A stretch of 62,575 nucleotides of DNA, filler included, from Sphacelaria rigidula (Eukaryota), in assembly GCA_964200075.2 (NCBI GenBank). It is 10 parts of 10 records of this genome, joined end to end, with 100 filler letters (N's around TTAATTAATTAA, not from the genome) between each part and the next. Parts side by side here need not be neighbours in the genome. Positions count along the whole stretch, not along the records: positions 1 to 6,168 come from CAXNAA020021788.1; positions 6,269 to 12,436 come from CAXNAA020021789.1; positions 12,537 to 18,704 come from CAXNAA020021790.1; 7 more parts are not named here. One strand, 5' to 3'. Position 1 is the first letter of the stretch, and every line of letters starts with the position of its first letter. The notes below the pieces were generated by a model. The model was not told where the DNA came from and searched no databases. It worked only from the letters and a program-made list of their open reading frames with translations. This document shows, piece by piece, positions 1 to 12,689 of the stretch. The position numbers and the translations under genes were made by a program.

Positions 1-906
1 TGTAAAGTCAGCCACCGCAACAATGGCCAGGTGTCATGCCATGAACCGCGCAGGCTGCAGCACAACATGTGTTGCATGAAGGTCAGGCTTACATTTGTGA
101 AGACCAGAGAATCCTCTGGGATAGCAGTCCCTGATGGCATAGATGCTCTTGTATTATTGGCGTACAGGCTAACTTGTGCTTTGCTAGTTGAGACGCATAG
201 TCCAAAACGCTGTGACCCAAAGGGGGCAGGCAGCTCAATTCAATCAAACAATGTAGTATGACCCATCAGGTACCAAGCATGACAAAGTATGACAAATGGG
301 ACCCAGTCGACTGGAACATGACCAATAAATCTGTAACAGTACTCTGTACTCCATACACCACTGCAGAGTTGTCTTGTGCTGAGTGTAGTCCCTGTACTCC
401 ATATAATGGGCTCATGGTTTGAGGAGTTTTTCGAAAAGTTCTGCTTATTTTTTCAAATTTCTCCTCGCTTTTTTAAAAGTCCTCCTCGTTTTAGAAAAGT
501 TCTCCTCGTTTTGAAAAGTATTCCGAAAAAACGATAGTGTTTTCTGTCACAGAAATCTAAAGCCAAATCTGGAATAGCCTGAGACACCAAAAAAGTTGAA
601 AATTGGAATAATTTTCAACATAATTCTCATAAGAATTTTAGAAAAAAGGCCAAAATAGGGTACATTCTGACCTGAATTTAGTATTGAAAAAGAGTATTTT
701 TCTTCTATTTTCATCAGCCCCGTATACGCTTCATCTTTCTATATAAACCAACTCTAAGGTCATCATCAACACGGTTGCACCCAAACAAAAAACCGCCTAT
801 AACCGACCAGACTCATGGGGCAGAGGAAGTATATACTTACAAGGTTCCCCTCCGGGAGTCGGTACGGGCCTCCCGGCGGTGACGCAAGTCGAAAATATAT
901 AGTCAA

Positions 907-1005
907 CCCTTAGACCGCAATACGGGTAGTCCATCTGGATCACGCACACTTTTCCAGCGAAATTGATACCGATTCAGCAGGTGACCTACCCTCGCGGTCC
1001 AAGGG
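907..1005 (+). mobile_element. ~100-bp piggyBac-type (TTAA) MITE, family A
   Basis: TIRs CCCTTAGACCGC...GCGGTCCAAGGG flanked by TCAA/TTGA. The internal sequence aligns with the copies at 17363, 26456 and 34198. Confidence 0.75.
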
Positions 1006-1943
1006 TTGAGAGAGGCTGTTGTATCTCAATGTACACTAGTGATCGTGGCTGTACAAAACATCGCATGTGTTATCGGGTATCGTTCGGAAGTATGGGGATT
1101 CGGACAGACGCCGACGGCATAACCGCCGGCATGGAACATGTGTGGTATTCCCGAGGTGCCAAAGTGCGAAGTAGCTCTCGTGCCACCAAGACATGACAGC
1201 GGGAGGCACTCCCGAAATATTGGAATGCGTGGAACAGTCTTCGCATGTTCTTCGTACATCACCGTGGCTTCCACATCACCCGGCCTTTTTTGAAAACATG
1301 GTGATTGTTTTTTGCGGTAAAACATTCCTGTGCTGCCGTGCGGCTGTGCCTTGTTCAACTCGCCAACGGCCCGTCGCACGGTCTTGTGTCTGCTGCTGAC
1401 TAAGGCCAGAGCATTGTTCAACTGTTTCAACTGCTTTGCTCTCATGTTCTCGTGACGTGGGAGGCATAGCCGGTGTGTTCGTGCTTCCCAAATGAACGAG
1501 AACGCGACAAACAGAAACACGGGGGGAAATACCCCGCCAAACGTAATCCTGTTTTGAGATTTCCATCATATTCAACAGTCTTTTTTTGTGGTTCGGGTTC
1601 TTGTTTGTCGTGTTCTATCATCTCGAAGATACGTTTGTGGTTCGTAATCGACACCCCGCGAGAAAGGGCCAGTTTGAGCGACTTTCGGTGGCCAGAACAC
1701 GCGCCACAGGTATCAGATGACACTCAAACCTAATCGGTGATGTACCGCTGAACCTTCCTAGTGCGCTGCAAATAAAAGCACGGGAAAAAATGTCTTGCCG
1801 CCAGAGAAACCTCGGCAAAAGTGGTGAAAAATGTGAAATGACACATGCACATATATCAAAGGGTTAGAGTGCAATAAAACAAAGGAATGGGTTATCAAAG
1901 AGTCACAGTGTGCAATCGTCGTGCGAGCATTCTCCAGTCTTAC

Positions 1944-2209
1944 GCTTGCATGCGCGGACGATCTGACACCCTTGCTCATCCCCTTCTCGCCAGACTTGAC
2001 TATGCAGCCTGCGCACCGGTACAGCTTGCTCCGACTGCCCGTAACTCGCGCGTCGGCAATCATAGCGCGGCCCTGAGACAGTAGAACGCGCTCAGATGCC
2101 GTCCTCAACTGCCTCACGGTGGAGAGTGAGTCTTTTTTACTGAGAACTTGGAGTTGACTGGATGACGAGCCCGCGCCGCCTTGCGGCATAGCGTCACTTC
2201 TGGCAGGCG
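1944..2209 (-). CDS. Putative internal exon, weakly LRR-like (SQLQVLS...)
   Basis: TTTCAG acceptor and GTAAGA donor bound an open frame (part of ORF 1758..2189). No firm family motif. Confidence 0.3.
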
Positions 2210-3589
2210 CTGAAATTGTTTATAATCTGAAACTTCTATGTACGCATTACTTGGGTTGTGATCCGTCGATTGTGGACGCCAGTCTACGGCTTTGGGTACA
2301 ATGCTGGTCTAAAATGAGCATGGGTGCAAGAGCGAGGATCGGAGGAGGGCATTCCAGTGTACATCCCACGTGATCCGGTTCAGGCGTTTCTTCCTCCAAT
2401 CCGGAACCCGGTCGGTGCCCATCTTTGTTTCCGAGCCGTAAATTGTAGATCCCGCCAACGGTCTGCTGTTGTCACCACGTGACGCCGTTCGGGTGTGTGT
2501 GTCGGCAAGATGTTTACACATGCTCGTTGGATCTTTGTGAGCTGCGGCACACAAGCGCCCTGTATGCATCGTTGGATCTTCGGGACCCTCGGGCCAACTA
2601 GCAGGGGGCTACATTCTCTTGGTCGTTGGGTTTTGGCCTTTGTTGGTGGTGTGTAGTTTTTCATCGAAAATGGCTATGGTCGTGACTGCTCGGCGTATCT
2701 TGTGCTGAGCCGGCGGTACGGTCAGCAATCCACAAAAGAGTTCAACAAGTGAACAAAAAAAGGTAAGATATGAATTTGAAGGAGAGGGCAGGGTGTGTAC
2801 CCTTCTGGTTTGTTTATAGAAAAGGGTACTCTCACAGGCTCTCATTTTCGGCGCCGTAGTTCAGCCTAGTAACACTTGTCAACATAAAGAAAACAAGGTG
2901 GTTGGACATAATGCCCAGACACCTTGGGCGTGGGGCTGAGGCGCTGGAATGTGCTTCCGAGGTGTTCAGCCCGCGTGCAGTGCCTCGCGCCCGGAAGGGA
3001 ACAATGCGTTCCCCATTTTTGTTCCAAAAGCACCAGGGTGTACCCTTTCTTGCATTTTGCTCCTTTTTTCCTCGTTGGGAAGATCATAACCCATCAGCAC
3101 CACAATATTGTGCAGTTCGCAGTATTGCCCCGCAAAAACGACCTCGTAAACAAATGCTGTAACTTGCTCGGAGCATGACCCATCACCCACAACGACGAGG
3201 CAGACCCAACTTCTGATTCTCCCTGTGTAATCGAGGACCCGCACCACTGAAAGATATTTCATTTTACACGCCCCCAAAGATAAGCAACCACCAGATCCTT
3301 TCAAAGATACAGATTGTGGTGGCCATGCCCGGTCGCTGCAGCAGTTCTATGCCAAAAATCGGCTTTGGCTCTTCATCTCGCCAAATTCTTCATATCGCCC
3401 GCAGGTGGTACTTTTCGCACACCTCCAGTTGACGAGAGAAAAAAAGGGGGTTCTGTACGGACGGACGGACTTCAGCAGTCTCTGGGATAGCGCGCCAGAT
3501 AAAAACATCCGATTCATTATTATCAACAATATCAATCGACTCCTCCTCTGGTACAAAAATATAGTTTTCGCTCCTTGCTCCTCTCTTAC

Positions 3590-3803
3590 CGGAAGCTGGT
3601 CAACCCGAGCTTGCGCAATCGACACCCCTTTCGAATTATGCCCAGCTCGCGCGCTTGCACTGCCGTCCACGTGCCCGACAGGTTGAGCTCCATCAGGTTG
3701 GACGGCACGAGGGGCAAATACAGCGACCGCAGAGCGCGGGTGGGCTCATGCCCTCGGCGGCATTCGATCGCACCCGCTGGTAGTCATTCCCTATATCCAG
3801 CAC
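3590..3803 (-). CDS. Putative leucine-rich-repeat exon, possibly frameshifted
   Basis: Reads ..ALRSLYLPLVPSNLMELNLSGTWTAVQARELGIIRKGCRLRKLGLTSF (LxxLxL motifs) up to a CG|GTAAGA donor. The upstream VLDIG segment is in a different frame, so either a frameshift or an alternative acceptor near 3777 is needed. Confidence 0.35.
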
Positions 3804-3950
3804 CTTGAGCGATTCGTTGCACCCGGGGACGGGGAGGGGCGGGGGGGAAAGCACTCTTTGTTGCTTGACTTAGTCATTTGGCCATTGACTACGTATTCCT
3901 GTCGAGACGGATTGCCGTTTCCACTACTAACAGAGACACCGCCAACATTT

Positions 3951-4207
3951 CACGGGTCGGACGAATACGCCATTCGTGTGGAAATTACTCGACTTTAGTG
4001 TGATTGATTCGTACCGTACGAATCAACTCTTCTGCTTTGTTTTCAGCGTTGCAACCCAGGTACGCGCAGCCAAGGCACGCAGAATGGCGCGAAAGTTGCG
4101 TGGGAACCTTTCTACCATCGGTCGACATTCTTCTGTCTTTCGAGCAATCAGGCCTGAAAAATCGTGGATTTGGTGATTCGAACCGGCAAAGATTCGTTCG
4201 AACCGTG
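3951..4207 (+). mobile_element. ~256-bp hAT-type MITE, family B
   Basis: TIR CACGGGTCGGACGAAT...ATTCGTTCGAACCGTG with an 8-bp TSD CAACATTT/CAACAGTT. Homologous to the copies at 23050, 35312, 49799 and 18624. Confidence 0.8.
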
Positions 4208-4895
4208 CAACAGTTAGTCAAACGGTGTACTCATGATCTTGCATGCCGTCGTCATATGACCGTTGACTCCGTGTCCCTACAAATCGTATAGGGGGGAGGG
4301 GGGTAAATTTTATCACTGTTGTCGGCAGAGCTTGTCTCACGTCCACGTAAACAATAACGATCGTTTTAATATATTTTTGCTGTCGGTGTATGTATAGATC
4401 ATCATGTTTGGATCTTTGCATCGCTCACAATCCCGAGCACCCGCTCAGCTTGGTCGGCACGCGGTTTGCTTCAAGTTATGGTCGATTAAAGCTCTGCCAA
4501 CGAACACCTCGTCTAGGGCACTGACTGTATTCCCTTTTCCCGAGGGTTCTTGGTCTGCCTTTGATTCGGGATGGGAGTTGATGTGATGAAGCTTGGTGGC
4601 AGTAAGATATCACAATGCGCGGGTCTACTCGTAGACCCTGGATTCCGTCACGCGTTGTTACTGCGTTTGCTACTGTCATTAGTTAGGATTGTTCAGCCGC
4701 GGCCGCAGGCCGCGTTGCCCCACCTCAATCAGTTACCGGCTTGCGTCTCTACTCTGGGCCATCACTACGCTCTGCTCCTATGGCTGCGCCACGGCTGTAC
4801 TGAGTAAGAGAGCTGCTTGTAGATGTAACATGACGCTATGAAACACGTGAGTTCCTAACGGGCAGTCTACACATGAATGAACCTACTCTGTGATT

Positions 4896-5262
4896 AACAG
4901 AGGATTCTATAAAATGAGGTTCATCAATGAANNNNNNNNNNCTTGTTTGCCGGCCTAATGCCCCTTGATCGCGTAGATACTTTTTCAGCGCATTTTACCG
5001 ACTGTGTGAGCTTACAGCGCTGACCGAAACTGCTGTTTTCCCTGATACCATCCCCCCTAAAAAATAAGTAGAAATGGTGGTTTCGGACAGCGCTGTAAGC
5101 TCACAGAGTCGATAAAACGCGCTGAAGAAGTATCTACGCGATCGAGGGGCATTGGGCTGACAAGAAAGTCATTGAGCACCATCGCTGAAAGCGTGGAGAA
5201 AGTACTGTTTTGAGCTCGAACCTCATTTCATTGATGAACCTCATTTTATAGAATCCTCTGTT
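4896..5262. mobile_element. Foldback/palindromic MITE spanning a 10-N gap
   Basis: Perfect 36-bp terminal inverted repeat AACAGAGGATTCTATAAAATGAGGTTCATCAATGAA. Inner arms 4952-5030 and 5079-5160 are reverse complements. GATT lies on both flanks. Confidence 0.8.
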
Positions 5263-6168
5263 GATTATTCATGATGGATAGCTATAAGTCGTACGGTGTG
5301 CCCACGTGAGAGCATGGGTTAGCTGGGCCCAATGGTATCTCCTGGTACTCGTGCTGAGAGACCTCAGCCATTGCATAGCCATCCCTTCAGTATAACAATT
5401 GGCGTCGATAAACGGACCTTGTTCTGCTTGGTTAGGAGGTATTTGTGTTGCTTCGCGTTGTGTTTTTCTGCTCAAGCTATGGTCAGTAACTCGCATTCAT
5501 TCTTCTGCGTTTTTTACTTGTATTTAGTGAGATGCCCCTGTGCTATTCTGATTGTCATGGGCGTCAGCTTTCTCTGGGTTTGGTTGCACTGTACAACAGT
5601 AGTACAGACTACTGTACGTTGCCCCCGCTTCGCGTATTCATGATACGCATCTGCCCCCCCGTAGGTACACTGCTTGTAGCTGCTGAGCGATTTGCTGTAG
5701 CTGCCTTTTGGTCCTGTTCCCGCTTGTTTACATCCGCGTAAGTGCTATTGTGAAGCACTTTGTTGGTTTCCCGACTACGCGTCGATCTGGCCGGAACTGC
5801 GTTCAACTTCCGCCTTGTGCATGCAGCCAACCGTTACTCTGTCTCACTACAGTGTGTTCACTCTGCTTTCGAACAGGGTATCGCACGCACCACTGTGCCT
5901 CGTGCAAACTGTGTGCCCGCCAACCACTGCCACATTGACGTTGGTTAATTGTTGGTTTCGACGGCTCATGCTGTAGTAGCATATGGTTGATCTGCCTTGT
6001 GCCGAATAAAAACGCCCCCCCTGTACCTCGTGACGGTTCAGCTTCCCACACCTCAGAACCATGCTGCGCGGTGGGGTACCGCAACTCACAAAAGGGCGCC
6101 CGGGGGGGAAGGGGGGGGTTGCGCATCTACTAATATCTGGGATGCTCGCCGAGGTACAGGGGGGGGGG

Positions 6169-6268
6169 NNNNNNNNNNNNNNNNNNNNNNNNNNNNNNNN
6201 NNNNNNNNNNNNTTAATTAATTAANNNNNNNNNNNNNNNNNNNNNNNNNNNNNNNNNNNNNNNNNNNN
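6169..6268. other. Artificial contig linker (first of nine). Others: 12437-12536, 18705-18804, 24973-25072, 31241-31340, 37508-37607, 43775-43874, 50042-50141, 56309-56408
   Basis: An identical 44N-TTAATTAATTAA-44N block (stop codons in all six frames) recurs every ~6.27 kb. Intervening segments are 6168 bp (first five) and 6167 bp (last five). Confidence 0.99.
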
Positions 6269-7268
6269 TGCTGCGAAGGAAATATAAAATTACCGTCTGT
6301 TGGCGGTAAATTACCGAGGAGTACTCTGAAATTATTAGTTTGTGTAACCATATCTCACGGAAGTGTGGGGTGACTAAGTACTGTTGAGACTGCTCTTTTC
6401 AATTATACACCGGAGATATCCGATGGAAAGTACCGTAGGATGTTCCATTTTTCGCCCGTCTCTTCGCGCGGAAGGTGCATGCGCTTGTGTATTTTTGTGG
6501 AAATATGTGAGATGCTTATTTTGCACACGGCAGGCTGATGTCTTGACTGATCCATTTTGATGGGTGTTGCGAGCTGGCGATGCGGTTGAAGTTTGATCGA
6601 TTCCTTAAATCTGTGAACCAGTACTCGCGCACCATGAAGCACTGGTTCAGTGTTGAGTCGGTGACCGTGCCTCTGCCGTGTTGGGTGCTCTATGGCGGAA
6701 CGTAAGTGCTGTATACCAGAGAAGTATAGCAATCTCTTGTGCTGTACTGGATTTTGTTTTGTCGTCCACCCCGTGGGTTGTGCGGTTATGAAACTACTAC
6801 CGCAAGATTTGATTAAACCACTCCATACCCGTGGGTCATCTGTGTGGTACTGACTAAATGAGGATCAATGTGGAAGCCATCCTTTTCTATGTGCGAAGTG
6901 ACCACTGATATGCGCATGTAACTGAAGGTGACCCAGATTGTCCACCCTGGCGTTCATAGGGTAAACCCGTGACCATCACCGTGGGGGATCTGGATCTTGT
7001 AATACTGTATGAAAGGTGGACACCCAACTGAAGAAAGGCAGTTGTTGAATTATAGTTCTTGCCTGAGATCGGATACCTACAACCTTACTTGAAGAGTCTT
7101 CTCGGCACACAACGGTGCTCTGACTGGGTTCTCAGTGACATCCTTTTCGAATGACCTAACAAGAGTCAAATCAAAAGCTAAAGTGCACCCAAGAGTCGCA
7201 AGCCGAGGCCTACAGCTTCCGGTTTGAGGACTGCTTCACCCGGTAGCAAGATAATATCTGGATGCGTA

Positions 7269-7437
7269 CGAGCGGGGCCAGCCTAAAAACGGATTTAGGC
7301 TCTCAAAGCGATATCTCAACGACACAGACGAGTTGGGCCGTGATCCGCATATCGTATTAATCGTCTAATCAAGGAGAAGGTGCCCGTCTGCTCAAAAATT
7401 TGGGCTGATTTTTTTCTCGTCGAGTAAACCTCATGTA
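7269..7437 (+). repeat. Dispersed repeat family C (host of a family-A MITE elsewhere)
   Basis: Aligns with 34168-34443 (MITE-interrupted), with the reverse complement of 18805-18870, and with the reverse complement of ~9750-9830. Confidence 0.75.
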
Positions 7438-8173
7438 TAGTAATTCCTTTACCTAGCGGAGATACCGTCCACACTAAAATCTATATGAAACCCCGATCGA
7501 TCGATCAAGCGGATGATGACGAGTTTTGGTGTGAACCTTCCCTGGAGCACGGGGAGACGATGGATATCCTCACTTTCACCTAATTCGTTATCTATTTCGA
7601 GAAATGGCGCACAAAAGGTTTTATACTAAAATCGGTATATTACTATCAAAGGCAATATATGACCTAAATCTGGATATCGCGTCTCAGATTATGAGAGTTG
7701 TGCCATGAAATCTGGTATGGAGAACCGCTAGTGCATAATAAAATAAAAAACACAGCTTTTTTTGTGTTTTTTTCCGCTTTTTTCTGATTTTTTTTTCGTG
7801 TTCTTAGGGGGGTTTTGAGGAAAAATGAACATTGCTCTTCGGCCTTATCTCAATTTTTCAGCTCAATTTTTAGAATTTTGATTTCAAACTTGGCATGGAG
7901 AACAACATTGGTATGCTGAGTAAAAAAACAAAATGGGCATTTTTTTTTTTTCATGAGAAGTTCGGGCGTTCTCGTAAAAAAATGATCATTACCATACTAA
8001 AACGCCCTCAATCAGTGAAAAATAACAATAAAACCCCACCTCCCCCATTTTTCTTGGTTCATCACGACCTAGCAAGGTCCCGCACGAAGTTTCGACCCAT
8101 AAACACCAAACGTGGGCCGATAAACGGCCTGCAAAATACTGTTACGAATTTCCGCCGCCTCGGATTTTCAAAG

Positions 8174-8550
8174 GTAATTCGCAATTTTTTTCTTGGAGTT
8201 GGAAAGTGAAATTTGGTAAGGACAATCAACAGGGCATGAAGAAAAGCTGTCTGTGAGGTCCCGGCGATTTTTTTTTTCGTGAATTAAGGGCAAAAATCAG
8301 TTTTGAGGTTTCAGTAAAATGTCCTTAATTCACGAAAAAAAAAATCGTTGGGACCTCACAGACAGCTTTTTTTCATGCCCTGTTGATTGTCCATACCAAA
8401 TATCACTTTCCATCGAGGTTTTAGTAAAATGACCTTAATTCACGAAAAAATAAATAAATCATTGGGACCTCACAGACAGCTTTTCTTCATGCCCTGTTGA
8501 TTGTCCATACCAAATTTCACTTTCCAACTCCAAGAAAAAAATTGCGAATT
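8174..8550. repeat. Long inverted repeat with a duplicated right arm (foldback TE remnant)
   Basis: 8174-8290 is the reverse complement of 8433-8550. A second partial arm copy lies at 8323-8412. Confidence 0.8.
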
Positions 8551-9611
8551 CGCCTGCAAAGTACAAATCCGCGTGTAGGCTGGCCCAGCGTGTACAGTAT
8601 CGACATACAGTGTCATCATGGTGTTTGCAGTAAGGGAGGTGTGCGTCCCTCCAACTGCGTAAAACAAGCAGCAGTTCTCATTTTCGGGTGTGCCAACTAT
8701 CCAGTTTGGGAGTTGAAATGAACAACGCCATGGAAACAAAAGCCATGCACGTTTGCAACAACAACAAAAAAATGCCTGGAAAACGTGCATGAATTAAAAA
8801 AATGTTCTTTTTTCGGCGTTGTAAGGAACGAGCTCTAGGAGCTTGTGTGTGTGTGTCAATCTGAGCTGCGTCTGTAATATGCTTTGTCCTTGCACCCTAC
8901 TGATTGACTATACCGCACGGTACGGTACAGTACGGTAAAGCAACTTGAGCAGCCTACCCGACGTGATGGAAACGGTGGTCGTCAACTGCTCCAACTACGT
9001 GATAGCCGAGGTTGCTGCTGTGCTATAGTACGACAGTGGAGACAGAGCACACAGCAGTGCTGTACAAGTTGGGCCAACCTGAAACCGGCTCTTGGTGTGA
9101 TGCCAGATTTCTCTGCTCCGTTTTGAGAGTTGCGCCTTGAAGTTTGGTACTGCATGTAGTATCGCATGGGCATAGTGAAGAAAATGCACGCTGCGCGTTT
9201 CGATTTGTCTTCATTTTCTCACGAGTCGAAGGCAAAACAACGTTTATTTTCACGAAAATATCTTTGAGTCATGCGGAAAAAAATCGAAACGCAAGCATGC
9301 ATCTTTCATCTTTCCTGTTGTGCCCCGGCTATATATCATACCAAATTTCAAAGCGCAAGTCTCATTACCAGCTGGGAAATCCAGATTTAATCATCTCTAC
9401 GTAATATATTGAATTTAATATAGGATTTCATTCACTTAATCTCTGAATAGATAACGAATTAACGTGAGGATATCGATCGTTTCCCTGTGCCCCACGGGAT
9501 GTTCACGCGAATAATCAACGTCATTCGCTGTATATATATTTTGGGTTTCGTATGGGCTCTAGTGTCGGTATATCTCCGTGGATAACGTGACGTACTCGAC
9601 ATGGTGTTTAA

Positions 9612-9706
9612 CCCATTGACAGCGAGCATGGGTCTCCGTTGAATCGGCTTCAACTTCAGTGAAAAATGTATGCTTACTCCAGATGGACCACCCTCGCCGC
9701 AAAGGG
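9612..9706 (-). mobile_element. Family A TTAA MITE, diverged
   Basis: TTAA-CCC...GGG-TTCA ends; internal GTTGAATCGGC(T)TCAA matches family A in reverse. Confidence 0.65.
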
Positions 9707-9851
9707 TTCAACAATATCTTAACCAACCAGAATACATCTCACCGGACTGCTGAGTAGATGGGCATCTGCCCGTTGATTAGGCGATCAAAAATGTGTGCGG
9801 ATCATGGCTCAAATAGTTTGCGTCGATGGTATGTATGTGTTGTGTGCGTCT

Positions 9852-10122
9852 CCGACCATTTTGCATGGCAACCAATCTGAATTTGTGCAAATATGAGGAT
9901 TTCAGCCTCTTCACAAGCGATTTTCTCCTGTGAATTATTTTTTCGGACCGCAGTCCGTTGGGCAATGTTTTTTGGCTACACATATAGCTGTAAGAAAACC
10001 ACATCAACTCTTTGATTTTCTGGACGTTGGGTTTTGGTTCATTACATTTCTGCTCAAATCGGGACGGGCTGAAATCCACATATTTGTACAAATATGGGTT
10101 TGATACCGTACAAAATGGTCTC
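9852..10122. mobile_element. Palindromic MITE (related partial copies near 11005-11090 and 37316)
   Basis: ACCATTTTG..ATTTGTGCAAATATGAGGATTTCAGCC is mirrored by GGCTGAAATCCACATATTTGTACAAAT..CAAAATGGT. Confidence 0.6.
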
Positions 10123-10207
10123 AATCCCATCTATTCTGGACGCCAGTCTACACTTTTCGGTATATGTGGGCGCATCAGCCGGGGTCACAGAGAAGGAAAG
10201 TCAACAT

Positions 10208-10213
10208 GCGCGC

Positions 10214-10260
<47 letters not shown>
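10208..10260. repeat. Compound (GC)n(GT)n microsatellite
   Basis: Read directly; lies in the presumed first intron of the helicase gene. Confidence 0.95.
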
Positions 10261-10265
<5 letters not shown>

Positions 10266-10608
10266 CCTAGTACTCCACCTCCCTCCTGCGGTGCTTTCCT
10301 TGATATTTTACGGGAAAGGAGTCAGCGGTCCCTTTCCCCTGTCGACTGTGATCTCGAACTTGATACTCGTGTGGCAATGACAGAGTGAATCCGTTTCCAG
10401 GCTGGCCAAGTTACGATAATGCTTGTGTAGAGTGGAAAGAGTACAGCATAGTCTCATGACGCGATCTACAGCAGGGTTGAGGTTTCACGAGGAAATGCCA
10501 ATGCAGCGCACTAGCGGAAAACAACGAATGATTTAAGGTGTAAACCGACAGCCAAGATCTTTTCCAGTCCAGTTGACACGGACGGCTGAAGTAAGTCGTA
10601 AGTCTCGC

Positions 10609-10827
10609 CTGTGTCGTTTTCCCGCATCCGGTTTCGCCTACGATGACCACAGTGCGGTGTTTCTCCAAGGCGAACAAGACGCTGTTGCGATGTCGGTATA
10701 TCGGAAGGGCTTTTCGCTGAGCAGTGAGGGGCAAATGCGCAAGTTTTCCATCCAAAATTTGTGTAGATTCGTCTCCACGCTCTACTCCTCCAGGAGCTGA
10801 GGTGCCTGGCTTCCAGAACGAAGCCAT
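10609..10827 (-). CDS. DHX35: First exon of a DEAH-box RNA helicase, DHX35-like (5' fragment only)
   Basis: MASFWKPG N-terminus typical of DHX35, then QRKALPIYRHR and Walker A GETGCGKTTQ. Similarity stops exactly at CAG|GCGAGA (73 codons, phase 0). The next exon (expected IPQYL) was not found in the contig. Confidence 0.85.
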
Positions 10828-12689
10828 GCTGTGCGTGATGGGCAGTTGGGCATAACCCTATTCGCCACACTAGCTCGTGGTTGTACAGCGGGACCCGTCG
10901 GTCCGGAGGTCAGAACGCTGTCTATTACTATTTGATTGATTTGATTGATTGTCTCACTTTAACTGACCCCCCAGGGGTCCAGCCGTGGTCTCATGATATT
11001 ATTGTAGACCAAATTTTATGGCAACCATTCTCGATTTGTACAAAAATGAGAATTTCAGCCCGTCTACAGGCGATTTTCTCAAGTAAACAGTGGATTTTCG
11101 GAAAAATGGGGATGAAGAACAAAAAAATGAGCTTGAACTCAAAAGCCGTGCTTTCCCTGACCTGAATTAATGAGAAATGACTTTCATACGGACGACCTCA
11201 TCCTTTCCGACCTCCCAAAAACTATCTCGGGGGGTTCCTCGTGTGGTGAGCCAAGCTCTTGGAGGCTTTTTGGTTTTGAACTGAACCAGTTCTACTTCGA
11301 AAATATAAACGAATGTATCGGGGAATCGGGATAAAACATAATAAAATAATCTTTGTTTGGGTACGAAGAAGGTTTTTGTGGTGTTTCAAGGCTCGGTGGA
11401 TATTATTCCGTCTACGGGGAATAAGCACACTGACGTATTCAATGTTGGGATTTTAAAAGTAAGAAGAACTTGCGTTCCGGATCGGAAGGTCAGAGCAGAC
11501 GGGGGATCTTGGAGAGTAAATTCACAAAATAGAGCGTTTTTGAATCTGCTTCTGGACTTCGTACAGCATAAACCAGCTGTTTGAGTGTGCTCGACGACTG
11601 AAGAGTGGGTTCTTTCAGAGTTAACATCACAGGTTAGGCGGTCAAGTACGATTGAAAAGATGAAGAGACACAGAGGGGAAGACCGAAAGGTTTTTGGTCT
11701 TCGCCCCCGCGGGTCACTCCTGCTCTTTCTGCGGTCTTTGGTTTCTGATTTGAAGGTTTGGTTTTGGGGTGATTTTGTAGTATAATTATAGTGCAACGAC
11801 ATCGGGGCGTCACCAGTAATATACTCAAAGAAGACTCAAAAAGCATATTTTCTTATTCTGGCATACCAGTGCCGGTATCTCTTGTGAACTGTGTGGGATC
11901 AAGACGGCTGACTTCCATAAAAACAGTTGAACCTATATTTGGGAATAGAGTGAAGACTTCTACCCTGACAGTGGCGATCGAAGGTACTCTGTGAGAGAGG
12001 TTCAGCACGGTTCGCGCAGCACAGCTCTTCAGTTCGACACTCCGACTTCAAACATGTCCGGTAAGAGCAGTCGCTCCGTGTGTGATTTGCGAAATACCAA
12101 GGGGGTTCGTACCAGGTCACAACGTAGGGCAGATGAAATGACCCGTGATGCGACCGTAAATGTTGCGGCTGGTACACATGTGTCGGATGTATCAGAAACA
12201 AGTGAAAGACGAAGAGAGGAGTCAGTTGTGAGCGTGTCGGATTTAGGACCGAGGCTTGCAACAAATTCAGGTGTAAACACTGGGGGGGAAAGAAGCACTA
12301 CAGTACTTGGCGTCTGATATTTTCAAGATCCGTAGTTTTTGAATTTTATACTGAAAATAGAGAGAAGTCGTGATTCCGCCGCTTTTTTTCATCATGTTTC
12401 AGCCAACATCGCGTGCATGCCAGCAAGGATATCTCANNNNNNNNNNNNNNNNNNNNNNNNNNNNNNNNNNNNNNNNNNNNTTAATTAATTAANNNNNNNN
12501 NNNNNNNNNNNNNNNNNNNNNNNNNNNNNNNNNNNNAGGCGTGTAGCAGTCCGAAATCAGCTGTAATGCCCAAATCAGTTGCGTCGTGCAGCACGAAACC
12601 TGCTTTAACGGCAGTTATGATCATCGCCTCCGAGCACGTTTTTGGCCGGTTTGGGGGGGGGGCTATCTCGGCAGCAGTCCTGAACAGAG

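Noticed and set aside
1026..1866. piggyBac transposase relic
   Set aside because: An AAAGGGTTAG end and a faint RCHV..FALWH trace across frames are suggestive, but no catalytic motifs can be read.
6300..7250. Decayed coding sequence
   Set aside because: The frames I translated are broken by stops and no family motif was recognised.
11222..12400. Chain of short ORFs on both strands
   Set aside because: Possibly a TE relic, but there is no identifiable domain or splice pattern.
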